A stretch of DNA of 64,000 nt from Octopus vulgaris (Eukaryota): contig OX597816.1 in NCBI GenBank assembly GCA_951406725.2, positions 87,110,001 to 87,174,000 on the forward strand, in the 5' to 3' direction. The translations under genes and the position numbers were made by a program. Under the pieces are notes generated by a model. That model saw only the letters and a program-made list of their open reading frames with translations. It was not told the origin of the DNA and ran no database searches. Within the stretch, counting starts at the first letter, position 1. Each line of letters begins with the position of its first letter. Below, in pieces: positions 39,145 through 53,875 of this stretch.

Positions 39145-39418
39145 TGTTTCTTTATTAGCCACACAGGGCTGAACACAGAGGGGACAAATTAAAAAGTAGA
39201 GCTTTTCTTTTTCGTGAGAAAAAAAGAGGATAGGTTTTCGATCAAAAGGGATCGTAAAAAAGAAAAAAAAGCATCAATAGGGATCGTGTATCACAGAAAT
39301 ATCATGATGTAAAGTGTAAAGGAGGAAGCAGCTAAGGTTTATCCGTGGAAAGAAAAGCCAACGGAAAAGACCACGGTAACCTCGGTCACATGTTAACACA
39401 TTTATTTGCAAGTAAGAT
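39144..39418 (-). mobile_element. Retroelement 3' end inserted in (GATA)n
   Basis: (GATA)n on both sides. The last ~42 nt match the SINE A long tail; internal ccgtgg/ccacgg hairpin. Confidence 0.65.
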
Positions 39419-39500
<82 letters not shown>

Positions 39501-40878
39501 TTGGTCTCACTTCTAGAACCGGGAATCTATTTGACAGCACGCTGTGAAAAACTACATTTGGAAGTATTTTTCTGTGTTGCTGGGTGTGCGTGCGGTTGTA
39601 TAATTTTCTTTATCCTTTTGTTGCATACACATCTATATATGCGTATCTATATATATGTATTTTGTGTGCATGTACATATATATTATGTACATATATATGT
39701 GTGTGTGTGAGTGTGTGTACATATATATGTGTGTATGTATGCATTTGTGTATTTTGTGTGTGTATGTGTGTGTCAAATGACAGGCGTTATTTTCTTTTCA
39801 TTATTCAAAAGACTCCCGCCGCCTCTTATGCAGACCTCTATGTGTCCCAAACTAGTTAAGTCCTCTGCACGTTGTCCTTTCTTACTCGCTGCAGGACATT
39901 TGAGGGGAAAAAATGACGAAGATAAATTATATGACTTCTACGAACTTCTATGGTACAAGTGCCATTAGCTAACTATCCATAGCAATTTAACTGTAGATAC
40001 TTAGCGGTGTGTGTGTTTATGTATATGTGTATTTGTGCATGTGTGTGTGGTGGGACTGCATGCATACAATACATGTATGCATACATCCATAATCCCGTCT
40101 TTCAAAAACCACTGGATTTTTAGCGAGAAGAGACTTGAAATGTTTCGTATGAAATAGTTCCTCGTCTCACCCAGACTAGCAAAGAATGGGAACGTTAAAG
40201 GAATGAAGCATACATGAAACTATACTGTATAATTACAAGTATAAAATTATTTTTATTAGTATTATTGTTGCCGTTGTTATAATTATTATTGCTGTCGTTA
40301 TTGTTTATCTTATTATTATTAAATATATTTTCGTCCTTTTATTAATATATACGAAATATTTCGATGATTATATTTTTCATTATTCGTTTTTATGATTCTT
40401 TTTGCCATTAAAATCACTTCATTATTTCTTATTATCATTTTTTCATTAAAATCATTTCATTATTTTTCATTTGATTTCCAATATCATATTTTATACGCTT
40501 GCTGATATTTTATTTTTATTGTATTCTCATTTCCATATCTACCTTTACAATCATTGCTTTTCCTGTGCCTCCATTCACACCTTACGTACAACACTTTCTA
40601 ATCTTTATATGATTTCCCCATCCCCTCTCTTCATTATAATAATAATTACGATTATTATGTTTTTAATTTTTTTAATGTCTTAATTTCTCAATTCCAAAAT
40701 TCTTTATCATTAATTCTTATTTTGTATATTAATTAGAATGTTTAATTTATCATCTCAATTTAAATTCATTTTATAATTCTCATACGCAGAGACAAACATA
40801 AACAAATAAGTAGAAATATAGAGAGACAGCTAAACATATAGTCAGATAGATGTAGACAGATATAAAGATACCTGCATA

Positions 40879-41072
40879 TACGAGGGGGTGCTGAAAGGTT
40901 CACAGCTTTAAGGGTATCGTGAAGGCCTAGATGAAGGCCCAACCTCCTGAGTTCTTATACAAAGCTTAGCAAATCTGAAGGGCCGTTGCAATAAGTGTGC
41001 GAATCTGAGAGTGGAATTTGTTGAATAAAATCATAATTAACTGATCCTCTTGTATTCCCTTTTACTCAAAGC
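40879..41072. mobile_element. Mariner MITE, right end truncated
   Basis: TA-cgagggggtgctgaaa plus internal homology to the other copies. Confidence 0.8.
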
Positions 41073-41149
41073 ACTGCGTGAGGTGCGCGCACGTGCATGT
41101 GTGTGGACGTGCGTGTGTGTATGTATACATATGTGTGTGTGAGTGCGTA

Positions 41150-42530
41150 ACCATTATAGTGTGCATTCCTCTCCAAGTATCGGCTACCAAATATCCTAAT
41201 ACATCAGAACTTTTGTTACTGGATATACAATTTGATATTGTTATATATATATATCACTTTCCAGTGACTCCAAATCACACAAGCCAGTTTGAAAAGTAGT
41301 TCGCAAAAATTGGAGCCCCAAACTGAAGCAACAAATCACTGTATTCCTTTTGGGTGACTTCAACTTCCCCAATATATAGTGACCCGAGTGCATCATGCTC
41401 TCAGGAATGGTAAGCTTATATGGAGACCCTACTCAAACTTACCAATACTTCATTCATAGATCAAATTGTGATCTAACTAGGACAAATAATACGCTGGATA
41501 TCTGCTTCGCAAAAATATGGATATCATACAAAATATGCAAGTGACACCGACACTAGTCTCGGATCTCAATATAATAGAGCTGTCTGTGTATGGATCAAAA
41601 GCAGCTGCGGACATACAGCCTATACGGAGAATGTGAAATCTCTCCGGTCTGGAGTTTCATAAAGCAAACTGGAAATCAATTCAGAAAGAGATCCTGAAAT
41701 TGAATTGGCCTAAATGTCTTTCCACATCAGGCATTAATATGAAACTCAAATATTTCAAGCTAGTAATGCTAGCCTTATGCAACAAATCTGCCCAGAATAC
41801 AGAACTAAAGTACACAAGAACGAGATCCCAGGGAGAAGAAAATTCTTGAGACGACGAACAAAACTGCCTGAACAAATATCTCAAAGGTAGTAAAAACAAC
41901 GCTGATGGAGACTGATAAAGGTCTACATCAATCCCATAGAAAAGAAAGAGCAGACAATGAGGCCTGGGTTAGAAAGAACATTAAGTCAAACCCTACAACT
42001 TTCTTTAGCTTCACCAAAGAAACAACCTCAGTACGATACAAGATAGGACCCTTCCAAAAGGACGGCTCTCTGACAGGAAACCCATGGAAGATAACTAAAA
42101 TACTGAACAAACAGTTCAAGAAGGAGGTGTCGAAAATGCTCGTTTTTTCTTAACTTGACATTCCATTTTAATGATCTGAAAATAAACAAAAAATTAACTA
42201 ACATTAACAAGAAAAAAACAAAATAGATTCTAAAATGATTTTAAAATAGAATTCACGCAAAAAATAGATTTCAAAATTTAAAAACGCAATAAATTCCAAA
42301 ATTAAAAAAAAAACGGCGGTAAGTTAGTTGCCAACCCAATACATCTGGAAAATTCTGGGAACACTTTAACAAACAGTGGCATTGAAAGTTACGCAAACAG
42401 TAGAACGGGGTGCCACATCATTGTGCCAAAGATCCCAACATCGCCATCATGATATAGGACCATATACTGCAAAAGTTTGGATTTCAAGGGCCCACTACTC
42501 TTCAATATACTCCCAAGCATCAGATAGATC
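41150..42530 (+). mobile_element. Decayed CR1/L2-group LINE: APE endonuclease remnant plus extreme 3' coding remnant
   Basis: LLGDFNFPNI (41347), TRTNNTLDICF, KNIKSNPTTFFSF; later YIWKIL and KGPLLFNILP. The RT is missing. Confidence 0.7.
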
Positions 42531-42831
42531 CGGCCACCTTCGAATCTATCCAATGTTTATTTACTTCCATAACTGGTTGCATATTTTGGTGAACTACATC
42601 TGCCAACAATATGAAGTAACGCCGAGCCCCCAGGAACAGCTGTCAGAACTGCAACACCATACCTTCACCTCTTTAATTTTCTGTCTTCGTATTCTGTGTA
42701 AGTTTGCTCTGTTAATATGTAAATATCTATATATTTATACTAGAATATTCATTGTCTGAAAATTTTCAGTCTTCGCTTTCTCACTATTTACATGTAGTTC
42801 GCTTGAATTTTGTTATATCGAAGAAGATAAA

Positions 42832-43420
42832 AAGAGAGAAAATAGAAAGCTTCTAACAATGTGGAAAGTTTAATAAAACCTTTATATTTCAGGCAGAAAG
42901 TCCCATCTTCAGAAGAAAAATCCAGTAATGTAAATTCTGCTAACTCATTCAGATTCCCTAGCGTTTTGTAACATCAGCAGTCACTCTCCAAACGCAGGTG
43001 TAATTGGCGTTCCACGCGTTGATGTGAACAGACTCCCAACTGTTGCTATAAGCTACTCACTATCTGTGGTGTGACGGCGTTACAGCAGCAGCAGCAGTAG
43101 TAGTAGTAGTAGTGGCAGTTAGCCTCTAAGTGTTGCCGACTGTCCGAGTGTTGGATACTCTCATAAGAGCCACCAGCTCAACTCCGATCGACTGTAAATA
43201 TTCGGGTTGAGGCGGTGGATCAGCAGAGCCTCTTTTATAAGTAAATCGCCGGTGTTCCTCTCCGAGGCTGGTATGGAGGCGTCCATTTGAATGGGCTACT
43301 GGAACCTACATAAGTAGATTTTTCTCAGATTGTTTTCTTCTGAAGATGAGCGTTTCCGCCTAAAATATAAACGTTTTATCAAACTTTACGAATTGTCAGA
43401 AGCCTTCTATTTTCTCGTTT
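42832..43420. mobile_element. ~590-bp non-coding element with ~90-bp inverted ends, each carrying a hammerhead motif
   Basis: 42832-42921 is the approximate reverse complement of 43330-43418. Confidence 0.75.
42879..42916 (-). ncRNA. Minimal hammerhead ribozyme motif
   Basis: tctt-CTGAAGA-T-GGG...CCT-GAAAT-ATA-aagg, with palindromic helix III (ATAT). The partner copy at 43336-43372 (+) has G12 replaced by A. Confidence 0.6.
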
Positions 43421-45799
43421 TTTACATGTATGTTTTGCATATCTAACCCAAGCAATTTTATTTGTTTATTTGTTTATTTGCATCATTATTTCAAGATTCC
43501 TCTTATAACTACACTTTACCCCGCGAACTTAACCCTTGGTAAAGCTTACGAAGTATAGGTTTAAATCATTTGAGTATTACTATATGTTTTCTATATTGAG
43601 CATCTCTGGATCTCATCTGTTGATTCTTTAAGGAAGGATTATATAGAAAGCTATAAGCCAAAACAGATCACTATTGTTTCTGCTATGTTGTATCTTCAAC
43701 ACTGAAATTATAAAATTATCTAACAATATACAATAAAAAAAATCTAATAATAGCATACTGTCGCGTTAAAATATTCATTAAATAAATATTGTAATGAGTT
43801 TTGCATTTAAATTGATTAAAGTTTGCATTTAAATTAAATATCATTGAAACAGTCTGAGTACAATATTAACCAAAAATAGTAGGCACATTGCTACAGTGCC
43901 TATTCCTGCTCAGTGATCCCAAATTGAAAACAACTTAAAATTTGGGAGATGTTATGGAGGTTAAATAACATTGCTTGCTTCCTTGAGTGTTAGTAAACCA
44001 AAATATATGAAGTTTTAGATGTTTCACAAGAGGTACATTTACTTTTGTTCAGTCTATATATATATATATATATATATATATTAACGAGTAGAATCGCTAC
44101 CTTATTCACCTACATACAATTTAAAGTTACTGATACATCCAAATAAATAAAGCTTGCCTTATAGAAACCTCTTTTTAAGAAGTAATGAAGACAGGAAAAA
44201 ACTGTAGTATACGATGCACAAAGGTCGCCTATTCACAGTCACAAAATTGGAGTTCCATTTGATCCAATCAATAGAAAAGCCTGCTCATGAAATTAACGTG
44301 CAGACTCTCGTAGCCTAAATGTAATTCTTACAGAATGTGACCTAGGAAATTCAGGTATTACCCATTTCTGCCATTTTTAAGTGGACTGAAGCAACGTAAA
44401 ATAAAGTGTCTTGCGCAAGAACACAACGCTCGGCCTGGAATCGAACTAATGACCTTACGACCGAACGCCAACTACCCTAACCACTAAACCACGCGCCTTC
44501 ACTTAGTCACAAAATATCTCGGTAATTTAGTGCTTGTTAGACATTTAGAATGAATTGGTCCGTTGGAACGGCCAACCAGTTAGAGAATAATAACGTTCAA
44601 ATGGCCTATATATTTTTTTTTCAGGCCTAACAGCCATTATCTCAAATTGCGTGGAAAGATTGTAAGTTCGAAATTACAATGCAGTGGACTTGACTTCATT
44701 GTTCATTCCAACTTAACACTTTAATTTCATTTCTTCTAGTTCAATATTTAAAAAATAAATTTTCCCTAATTTAATAAGTTTTGTGGTATTAACAATGCTA
44801 CAGGGATTTGGATCGTAAATTTATATTTAAAACTATCAGAACAGCTTTGCTTTTCACCAGAAAAATCTGATAAACGTTTCTAGCCATTCATTTCAGCGTG
44901 TCAACAGCATACCACTAGAGAGTGGTCGTTTATAACAATCAATCTTCCTTCAGCGAATGGAATAAATGTAGTCCCCCACCCATCACCACATATATTTTGT
45001 TAAATATTTCCAAGATGGAAACGAAAATAAAAGAAAAACGGAAAATATTGAAATAATTTGAAATAGTTGTAAGAAAGATCGAAATGAATAGTGAAATAGT
45101 TTAGACAGAGTCACTTAGCTGACCCCATCATCCTATTTCTTTTTTTCAGAAACATCTATAAGAAAGAGGGAAAGAAAGAAGTTATTGGAAAAACTTATAT
45201 AAGAACGTTCGAAATAAACAAATAAATTGTAAAAGACCTTATATCGAAAGTTATTAAAATATGAAAGAGAAACGAAAACATTATTGAAATAACATTTAAA
45301 CATTTATAAACAAGATTGAAATATATAAATAATGAAAAAAAATTATGAAAAGAAAAAGAAAAATTATTGATATAACTTCGAAACATCAAAATATTATAAA
45401 ATATTGAAATGTGAAAATATTTTGATTTGCTCTCTCAAATTACAATTGCTTTAATCCAAAGATAAAATAATTGGTAAAAATAAAATCAAATATATTTTGA
45501 AGACAGCGTAAGTTAAACCGGAAGCGGGGGTCGGATGTGAAAAATACACGAAACTAGGTTTAAAATGGAGACAGAATATAAGAGAGAAGGAAATTATCGT
45601 AGTTATTGAAAGGTGTGAGTTTGAATTAAATATGGTGTTTTTCTTAGAATTGTAAAGATTTTATTGTCATTTTAGATTGATCTTACATCTATGTATAATT
45701 TTGGTTACATGTATAGGTATTTAACATTATTATAATAGGATATGGATGCATACACAAGTCTATCACGGTGCTTTATGCAGGAAAGGGAACGCTTCCTGG

Positions 45800-46235
45800 C
45801 GCTAATGACAATGTTTCTTATTTCTTTACTGCCCACAGAGGGGACAAACAAAGATAGACAAACGGATTAAGTCGATTATATTGACCCCAGTGCGTAACTG
45901 GTACTTATTTAATCGACCCCCGAAAGGATGAAAGGCAAAGTCGACCTCGGCGGAATTTGAACTCACAACGTAGCGGCAGACGAAATCCCTGTTTCTTTAT
46001 TACCCACAAGGGTCTAAACATAGAGGGGACAAACAAGGACAGACAAACGGATTAAGTCGATTACATCAACCCAAGTGCGTAACTGGTACTTAATTTATCG
46101 ACCCCGAAAGGATGAAAGGCAAAGTCGACCTCAACGGAATTTGAACTCAGAACGTAGCGGTAGATGAAATACGGCTACGCCTTCCGCCCGGCGTGCTAAC
46201 GGTTTTACCAGCTCGCCGCTAATGACAATGTTTCT
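45800..46235 (-). mobile_element. SINE A dimer with a 19-bp TSD
   Basis: cgctaatgacaatgtttct at 45800-45818 and 46217-46235. Confidence 0.92.
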
Positions 46236-46299
46236 GAGTTCGTTTGCATCGTCGCTGCTTCACCCGAAATGAGCATGATTCTTGCTAGTTAATAAGTCG

Positions 46300-48330
46300 T
46301 AAAGCAACAGTAACGTTTAGCCTAGTTTATAGATTGTCGTTGTAGTAGTATTCCGGGATATTGCATATGTGCCTGTTTTTTTAGTTGTAGTTTTTCAAAT
46401 AGTAACAGGTACTAAAGATTGAATTACGCTTCGGTGATAAATTGTAACCCTTGCATGTTCAGTGGTCTTTCATTTTAAGTACTTTTCTTTCATAGTGTAG
46501 GTGGTCAGTTCTTGCTGACTGTGTGCAACCTAATTATTATGCGTAGTATGGTATTTAAAGCTGGTTGTAGTGTCTATTGAAGTTTGTTGCAGGAAACTGG
46601 AGGGACTGAGGCAGAACTGTAATAGTCCATAATGGATCTGATGTATTTTTTTGTAAATCTTAAAAACTATAGTTGTTTTCTCCATCTGGTCATGTCATAC
46701 GTGTGATTACTCTAATCATATTTGTGTGTGTTGGTTTGCTTTCTTTTTTATGTGTTTCATGTGGGTTGCGGACGTTGTGGAACTTCTAGTACTTTTCTCT
46801 TCTGTGTGCATGATGTTTTTATGTTCTTCAGTGTGACTTTTGCCTGATTTTGATGGCTTCTGATGCTTCTAGAACGAAAGGATACAAATTTGGTAGGCGC
46901 TACTTTAAATGTTGTTGTGGAGAATAGAGGGGTGAGGTTGAAGCCCTATCCGTAAGAAGCTGTATACTTTTCTGTAAGTGTAAGCGTGTCATATAAGTAT
47001 AAGGCCAAAAATAATGGAAGCAAGGAAGAATCCTTGCAGTGATCTATCGAGAAGTTACGTATTCTTAAAGTGTTGTTCTTGTATTTAAGCTTTGCCTTAG
47101 CTTGGTAGTTAGTGCTTTATGCTGCTTCGCAAAGTAGTTTTGAGATTTTAGTGAGGAATAGACCCGTAAACATTGCTGAAGTAAAGTAGTTAAAATAAAG
47201 CATTTCTGTTGAAACTATCGTATTTTCTGTTAATTTTTGAACAGTGTAATGAATGAGTACCTTGATTTGGAGAGAAGAATTTGAGTGAGTTTCTGTCCTC
47301 AAGGTTTAACCTTTCTAGAATATTTGAGGGTGTTTAATGGAGGGTGATGGGTTTGGGTTTCTTCAATAGAGTTTTGGATTAGTCTTTAGAATTGATCATA
47401 ATTTTACCCAGCTTCAGGTGTTTGGTAATTTGTCAGTTTTGATATGATTTTCACTGTAAATTCCGAGCGCATTGATTACTTCGATGTATAAATAGATACA
47501 CGTTTACGATTTCGTCTGAGACTGAAATTTCGGTATTACTATTGTTTTTGAAGCGTCTAATCAAATAACGAAGTGAAGATCACGGTGGAGTGAAAGTTGC
47601 ATATTTTTCGTTTTGAACTCCTGTTTTCATTGTTCAGTTTTGCGAGTGATTTTCTAAGAGATGTATTTATGTGGTGCTTCAATGTGACAGTGTAATTTGA
47701 GGCTGTTATAAGGGTATGGAGTACGGTATAACTTGTCATTGTGATTGATGATAATTACGACAGCACTAATTACTTCACATACGTATTTGGGTTTAGTTTT
47801 ATGGTTTATTTAAGACAAATGATTTACACTTGCCTGCTTTTCTAAGATATTTTTTTATGTTATTTCCTTGTTTAGTAGTTTGGCACTTTGATTTATGTAT
47901 TCAATCATTTATTTATGTATTTATTTATTTATATATTTTGCGTGGGTTTGGTTGTACTGTGTTTGAAGTTTACCATGGCTTTTATGAGGTTGGCTATTTC
48001 TAGGGTTTCATAATTGGAATTTTACTGTTTATGTTGCCTTCTGACATATTTTTGTAAATGCGTCTATTATGATTTTGTCAGATATACGTGCGGCGGTATT
48101 TGTGTTAGCGATTGAGGTGCTACTGAATTTGTTTCAAACCTTAATTCTGCTCTTCGAAGAACTTGTTCTATTGTGCTTTTGAAGTTGGCTAAAGTACGGT
48201 TTTTTGTTATTGTTTTTATTTTGCTTTCTTCATTGATTTGTGATGATAATTCATAGGTAGTCTGCAGGAAATCGTTTGCCACGTGACTGTAAAAGGTGTG
48301 CGTATGGAGTGGAAGGTGGTGTCTGGGGGA
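46300..48330 (-). mobile_element. Highly decayed retroelement coding remnant, possibly PLE
   Basis: Strong A/C skew on the minus strand, short ORF pieces, and SSLLPLFLALYL resembling the RT GS.LSP..A.LY motif. Confidence 0.3.
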
Positions 48331-49548
48331 AGAACTGTTACTGACCGGTTGCTGAGATATGCATGTGTGTGCACGCGATTGCGTATGTGCGCGATTATCT
48401 GTGTGCGTGTGTGAGAGAGAGACAGAGAGAGTTGATGTAAGTTATTTAATATATAAAAAGAGAACTGTTTTGAGAAGATACTGCAAATCACTTTGCCAAA
48501 ATCTCTCCTGGCGATCGATAATCTGGTGAAACGGTTGATGAGGGTGGGGTGAGCATATATATATATGGGTATGTGCATCTGTGTATGAGCATTTATGTGT
48601 GTATATATCTGTGCATATCAATATATATATTTGAAGATGTGTGTCTGTGTATTTTTGTGCGTATACATGCATAAAGCTTTTACTCATTTAAATAAAATCA
48701 GTTTAAAAAGCAATGTTACAAACCTTTGTGACAGATGTTTTCGTATAGTATACATTTTGAATGTAAGCGCTTTCGTTCTTCAGCTTTTCAAATTCACGTG
48801 ATCAGGACTGATTGACACCCCAACATTCTGAAATATTCGTATTGGAGCTTCCGGACGCGAATGCCAAGCAGCACAGTATGTCGTTTCCAAATTTCTGACA
48901 GAGCGAATTGCGCCATGGTGCTGTTTTTCTCACATAGAGTACTGAATTGACTCTACTGTATTGTGTAGACGATAAAATCAAAATTAATCAATGTGCATGC
49001 GGGAAGTTAAAAATATAAAATGGCGACAATTCACCCATCGCACCCTGTGCGTGGGGTGTGTATTATTTAATAAATACAGTATATATTCTTATGAGCAATT
49101 AATAGTATCATGCGATGAAAAACAACTCAGACAGCATTTAATAACAAGTATGGTGCCTTCATGCAATCCTCTGACACTACCCACGTGGCATAACAAGCTT
49201 AAACAGGATAATATGATGAGAGAAATACGACAAAAGGTGACGAGGAAATATATGTAAAAGATGGAAGTTTGAAAACACTGGAAAATGAAATAAAAACAGA
49301 AAAAGAAAGAGGAGTAGGGAAATATAATTATGTTCTCTTGACCCTAACGTCATGAGACTGAAAGGATAGGGGCCTAGAGTCTGCAGTACAGCTGCTCAAT
49401 CTGGAGAGGGTGGTAGTTTCAACGGAAACTTATCCATGACTTTACATATACTGAAAATTTCAGAGGGTTGCATGAAAGCACCAGACGTGTTATTAAATGC
49501 TCACCAGATGGAGTACTTTTTTGGTGATCTTACCTTCACAGAACAGTA

Positions 49549-49579
<31 letters not shown>

Positions 49580-49583
<4 letters not shown>

Positions 49584-49870
49584 CGTGATCACCGTGACCG
49601 ACCAGGCTATCAGATGTTGCTACACATCGCTAGTCACAATGCGCTTCGCATTGTTTTAGCCTTCAAATGATGTCACCCCGCTGGCTAAGCGAGCAGGCCA
49701 ACAGTAGAAAGAGTGGGAGAAAGTTGTGGCGAAAGAGTGCCGCAGGGATCGCCACCACCCCCTGCCGGAGCGTCGTGGAGCTTTAGGTGTTTTAGCTCAA
49801 TAAACACTCACAACGCCCGGTCTGGGATCAAAACCGCGATCCTACGACCGCGAGTCCGCTGCCCTAACCA
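49580..49870 (-). mobile_element. tRNA-SINE family D
   Basis: Minus-strand ggttagggcagcggactcgcggtcgtagg...aaaacacctaaagctccacga. Related copy at 60207-60485. Confidence 0.7.
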
Positions 49871-50174
49871 CTGCCAGCTCATATATATATATTTCACGTC
49901 ATTCCAATCGAGTCAGCTCTAACCGAGTAACCTTACGAAGAAATGGTGTCATGTTCGGGGGGAGGTATGTTATGATCTAGATCACTTATACACCACGGAA
50001 ATCAAATAACCGGTCCTGTGGACCCTAAAACTCGAGACAGTAATGTCTGTTTGTACAGAATTATAGCCTTGCCAGCTTTCCCGTGTTGTATACGTGACGT
50101 GATAAACACCGTTCGACTAGCTTTCTCAAACTATGGCTATCTTGTCTTTTCTGACATATTATATTAAGTATTGG

Positions 50175-51388
50175 TTACAAATTTTGGCATGAGGCCAATA
50201 ATATCGAGGGAGGGGGTTTAGTCGATTACATCGACCACAGTGCTCAATTGGTACTTATTCTATCGACCCGAAAGCATGAAAGGCAAAGTCAACCTCAGTG
50301 GAATTAGAACTCAGAACTCATAATGTAAAGACTGACGAAATGCTGCCAGGCTTTAGCCGGTGTGCTAACGATACAGCCAGCTCACCGTCTTACAAAGAAC
50401 TGTATTTATAGCAAAGTGGGATGGGAGATCGATAACATAGGAATCACGATTTATTTTTAAAGATCATAACGTTAATCTACAAACTACCTTCTCCTTTCAA
50501 ATGTGATTCAAACGTCCAGTCATTAGCATGAACATAATCCTTTCTACTATAGGAACAATGCCTGAAATTTGTGGAGAGAGGACTAGTCGATTACATCGAC
50601 CCCAGTGTTTCACAGGTACTCGGCTTATCGACCCGGAAAGGATGAAAGCAAAGTCGACCTCGGCGGAATTTTAACTCAGAACGTAACGACGGGCGAAATA
50701 CCGCTAAGCATTTCGTCCAGGGTGCTAACGATTCTGCCAGCTCGCTACCTTCATTATCATGAGCATAATAAATTTCAACAACCGTAAAATGTAGCTTAAA
50801 TTACACTTACCTCATTAGAATAATTCAAATTTGGCAACTGAGCGGTGTGATAATATCCTTGATAATTAACAATGCCATGTTTCCATGTCGATTACAGCGA
50901 CCCGCAGTCCTCAATTACTACTTATTTTATCGACCCTGAAAGGGTCGACAATCGACCTAGGCGGCGGGATTTTAACTCAGAACGTACAGAAAGACAAAAC
51001 GCCGCTAAGCATTTTGCCCGGCATGGTAATGATTCTGCCATCTCACCACCTTATATTGTACTATACTCCTTACTCTTTGTAAGCCTAGTACTTATTCTAT
51101 CGGTCTCTTTTGCCGAACCGCTAAGTTACGGGGACGTAAAAACACCAGCGTCGGTTGTCAAGTGATGTTGGGGGGACAAACACAGACACACAAACACACA
51201 CACACATATACAGATACATATATACGACGGGCTTCTTTCAGATTCCGTCTACCAAATCCCCTTACAAGGCTTTGGTCGGCCCGAGGCTATAGTAGAAGAC
51301 ATTTGCCCAAGGTGCCACGAAGTGGGACTGAATCCGGAACCATGTGGTTGGTAAGCAAGCTACTTACCGCACAGCCACTCCTGCGCCT
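50175..51388 (-). mobile_element. SINE cluster (three A copies and one B copy)
   Basis: A at 50175-50390, 50537-50750 and 50880-51050; B at 51075-51388. Confidence 0.85.
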
Positions 51389-51917
51389 ATATGTATCAAT
51401 GCATTCTCTATGTTTAAACATTTTAAAGACGGTAGGGTAGTATTTGAGCATGACTTGCTTATAATTTATTGCAGGTCAAGCAACCACGGAGACAGTATCT
51501 CGCTCGCTTGTATTTTACTTCTTTAGGTGCTTCGAAATTACATGCTAAAACAATGAGTGATTAATTATCTTATATTGACTATATTCATTGCATACAAGTG
51601 CGTTTAATGTGTGCATGTGTACATGTATGAGTGTGCGCGCGCATGTGTATGTTTATGCGCATCCCTCTTTAAACAACTTTTAATTATTCACTGTGCGAAA
51701 TTTTGTAATTATACTTTCTATCATTTTGTTTTAGTTACCCTAATATTTCCAGTTTTAATGAAAAGTATCTCCAACAGTAACAAAAGGAAATACTGTTGGA
51801 GCAAATATATAACTTTCAATAAATACTCACACGAATAAACACACGTGTATATAATATATATATATATATATACATATACTTATATATGCATTTATGTATA
51901 CATATATATATGTATAC

Positions 51918-51956
<39 letters not shown>

Positions 51957-52143
51957 TATACACAACATGTAGGTATGTACACACACATATAGAGAGAGAG
52001 AAAGAGAAAGAGAGAATGAGAGTTATAGATATACATATATATACATATATATGTATGTATATATATGTATATATATGTATATATATATGTGTGTGTATAT
52101 ATGTGTATATATATATATGTATATATATATATGTGTGTATATA

Positions 52144-52237
<94 letters not shown>

Positions 52238-52945
52238 CAGTCATATCCATACATACATATATAAAGAAGAAAAATTTTATTTAAATATGAATTTTACTCG
52301 TGACAAACACGTACACAGACACAGACACACTCATACAGACTCAGACAGAGTCATGCAAAAATATACAGATTCATGAATACATTTGAATATATAATCATGT
52401 ATGAATGTCATATGAATAGATATACGCAAAAACGAACGTCTTCACATATTAAACACATCGTGATGAATACGATTTCTTATACACACGCACGAGAACATCC
52501 AACTATATATATATATAAATAAATACACATCTGGATAAAACAACGAATGCATATGTATAATGATACACTGGAATACATTCAAATACAGCACAAATTTCAC
52601 ACGCATACACACGCATGCGAATTCGTTCAAATATACAAATATTTCGAGATATGAAGTCTTTCAAAAAAGACACGAAGACATATACATACATAAACATCTA
52701 TGTCACACATACACACCTACAATTCAAACACACACACACACACATACACACACATACATATACACATATGCACATGTACATAAACATACAGCCATATACG
52801 CTCTCACACTTCTAAATTTATCTCATTTTTCTGAAGACATATGCATTATGAATACACGTATACACACGCTCGCATTTATATAAACACTCTCTGAAACTAT
52901 CTCTCCCTCTCTTTCTTTTTCTCCCTCTCTCTACCCTCCCCTCTA

Positions 52946-52983
<38 letters not shown>

Positions 52984-53329
52984 CTTGGCATCTCTCTCCC
53001 TGCTTCTCTGTATCTTTGTCATTTTCTCCTATACACATACATACACACTAATTATACACATTAGCTAATAAAAATGGAACCGATAAAAAATTCATTTAAA
53101 TTATTTTAAAGATTTTCCGTTTTTTTTAATTACTTTCGATGTAATTAATTTTTAAATATTGCTTCTCTATTAAACATTCTGAAAATGAACATTATTATTT
53201 CGTAACAAAAACAAAAAGTCAAAATTGATATTGATTTCTTAATTACGCATGGGGCACAAATATTCAAACGTGGGAGGATGCGGGATTATCTAGACCACAG
53301 TATATCACTAGTATAATTTCAAACCAGTA

Positions 53330-53875
53330 AAAGGCAGCGAGCTGACAAAATCGTTAGCGTGCTGGGCAAAATGCTTAGCTGTATGTCTTCCGATTCATTT
53401 CGTTCTGAGTTCAAATCTCGCCGTCAACTTTTCACTCATCTTTTCGTGGTCAATAAAATACATTCTCAGTCAAGTGCTAGGGGTCGATGTAATCGACTTA
53501 CTGCACCCTTCTAAATATCTTGGTTCTTGTGCCAAACTAAGAAACAATTATTCCAAGCCAATAAGGAAACCACCATGTAGGTACTCGACTCACTGGGCTT
53601 ATCTTTCACAATTACACTCTTCCATCTCGAAACGAAAATGACAGATGAGATATTGCATCCCTAAACATTTAACCACTTAATCGAGGATAGAAAAGTAGCG
53701 TTTATATTTCTTATTTCTTTATTGTCCACAAGGGGCTAAACATAGAGGGGACAAACAAGGACAGACAAACGGATTAAGTCGATTACATCGACGCCAGTGA
53801 GTAACTGGTACTTAATTCATTGACCCCGAAAGGATGAAAGACAAAGTCAACCTCGGCGGAATTTGAACTCAGAAC
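53330..53875. mobile_element. Two SINE A copies in opposite orientation
   Basis: 53330-53550 (+) and 53708-53875 (-). Confidence 0.8.

Noticed and set aside
48840-49030. ETS-like (cttccgg) and YY1-like (aaaatggcg) motifs
   Set aside because: Short motifs, expected by chance without other support.
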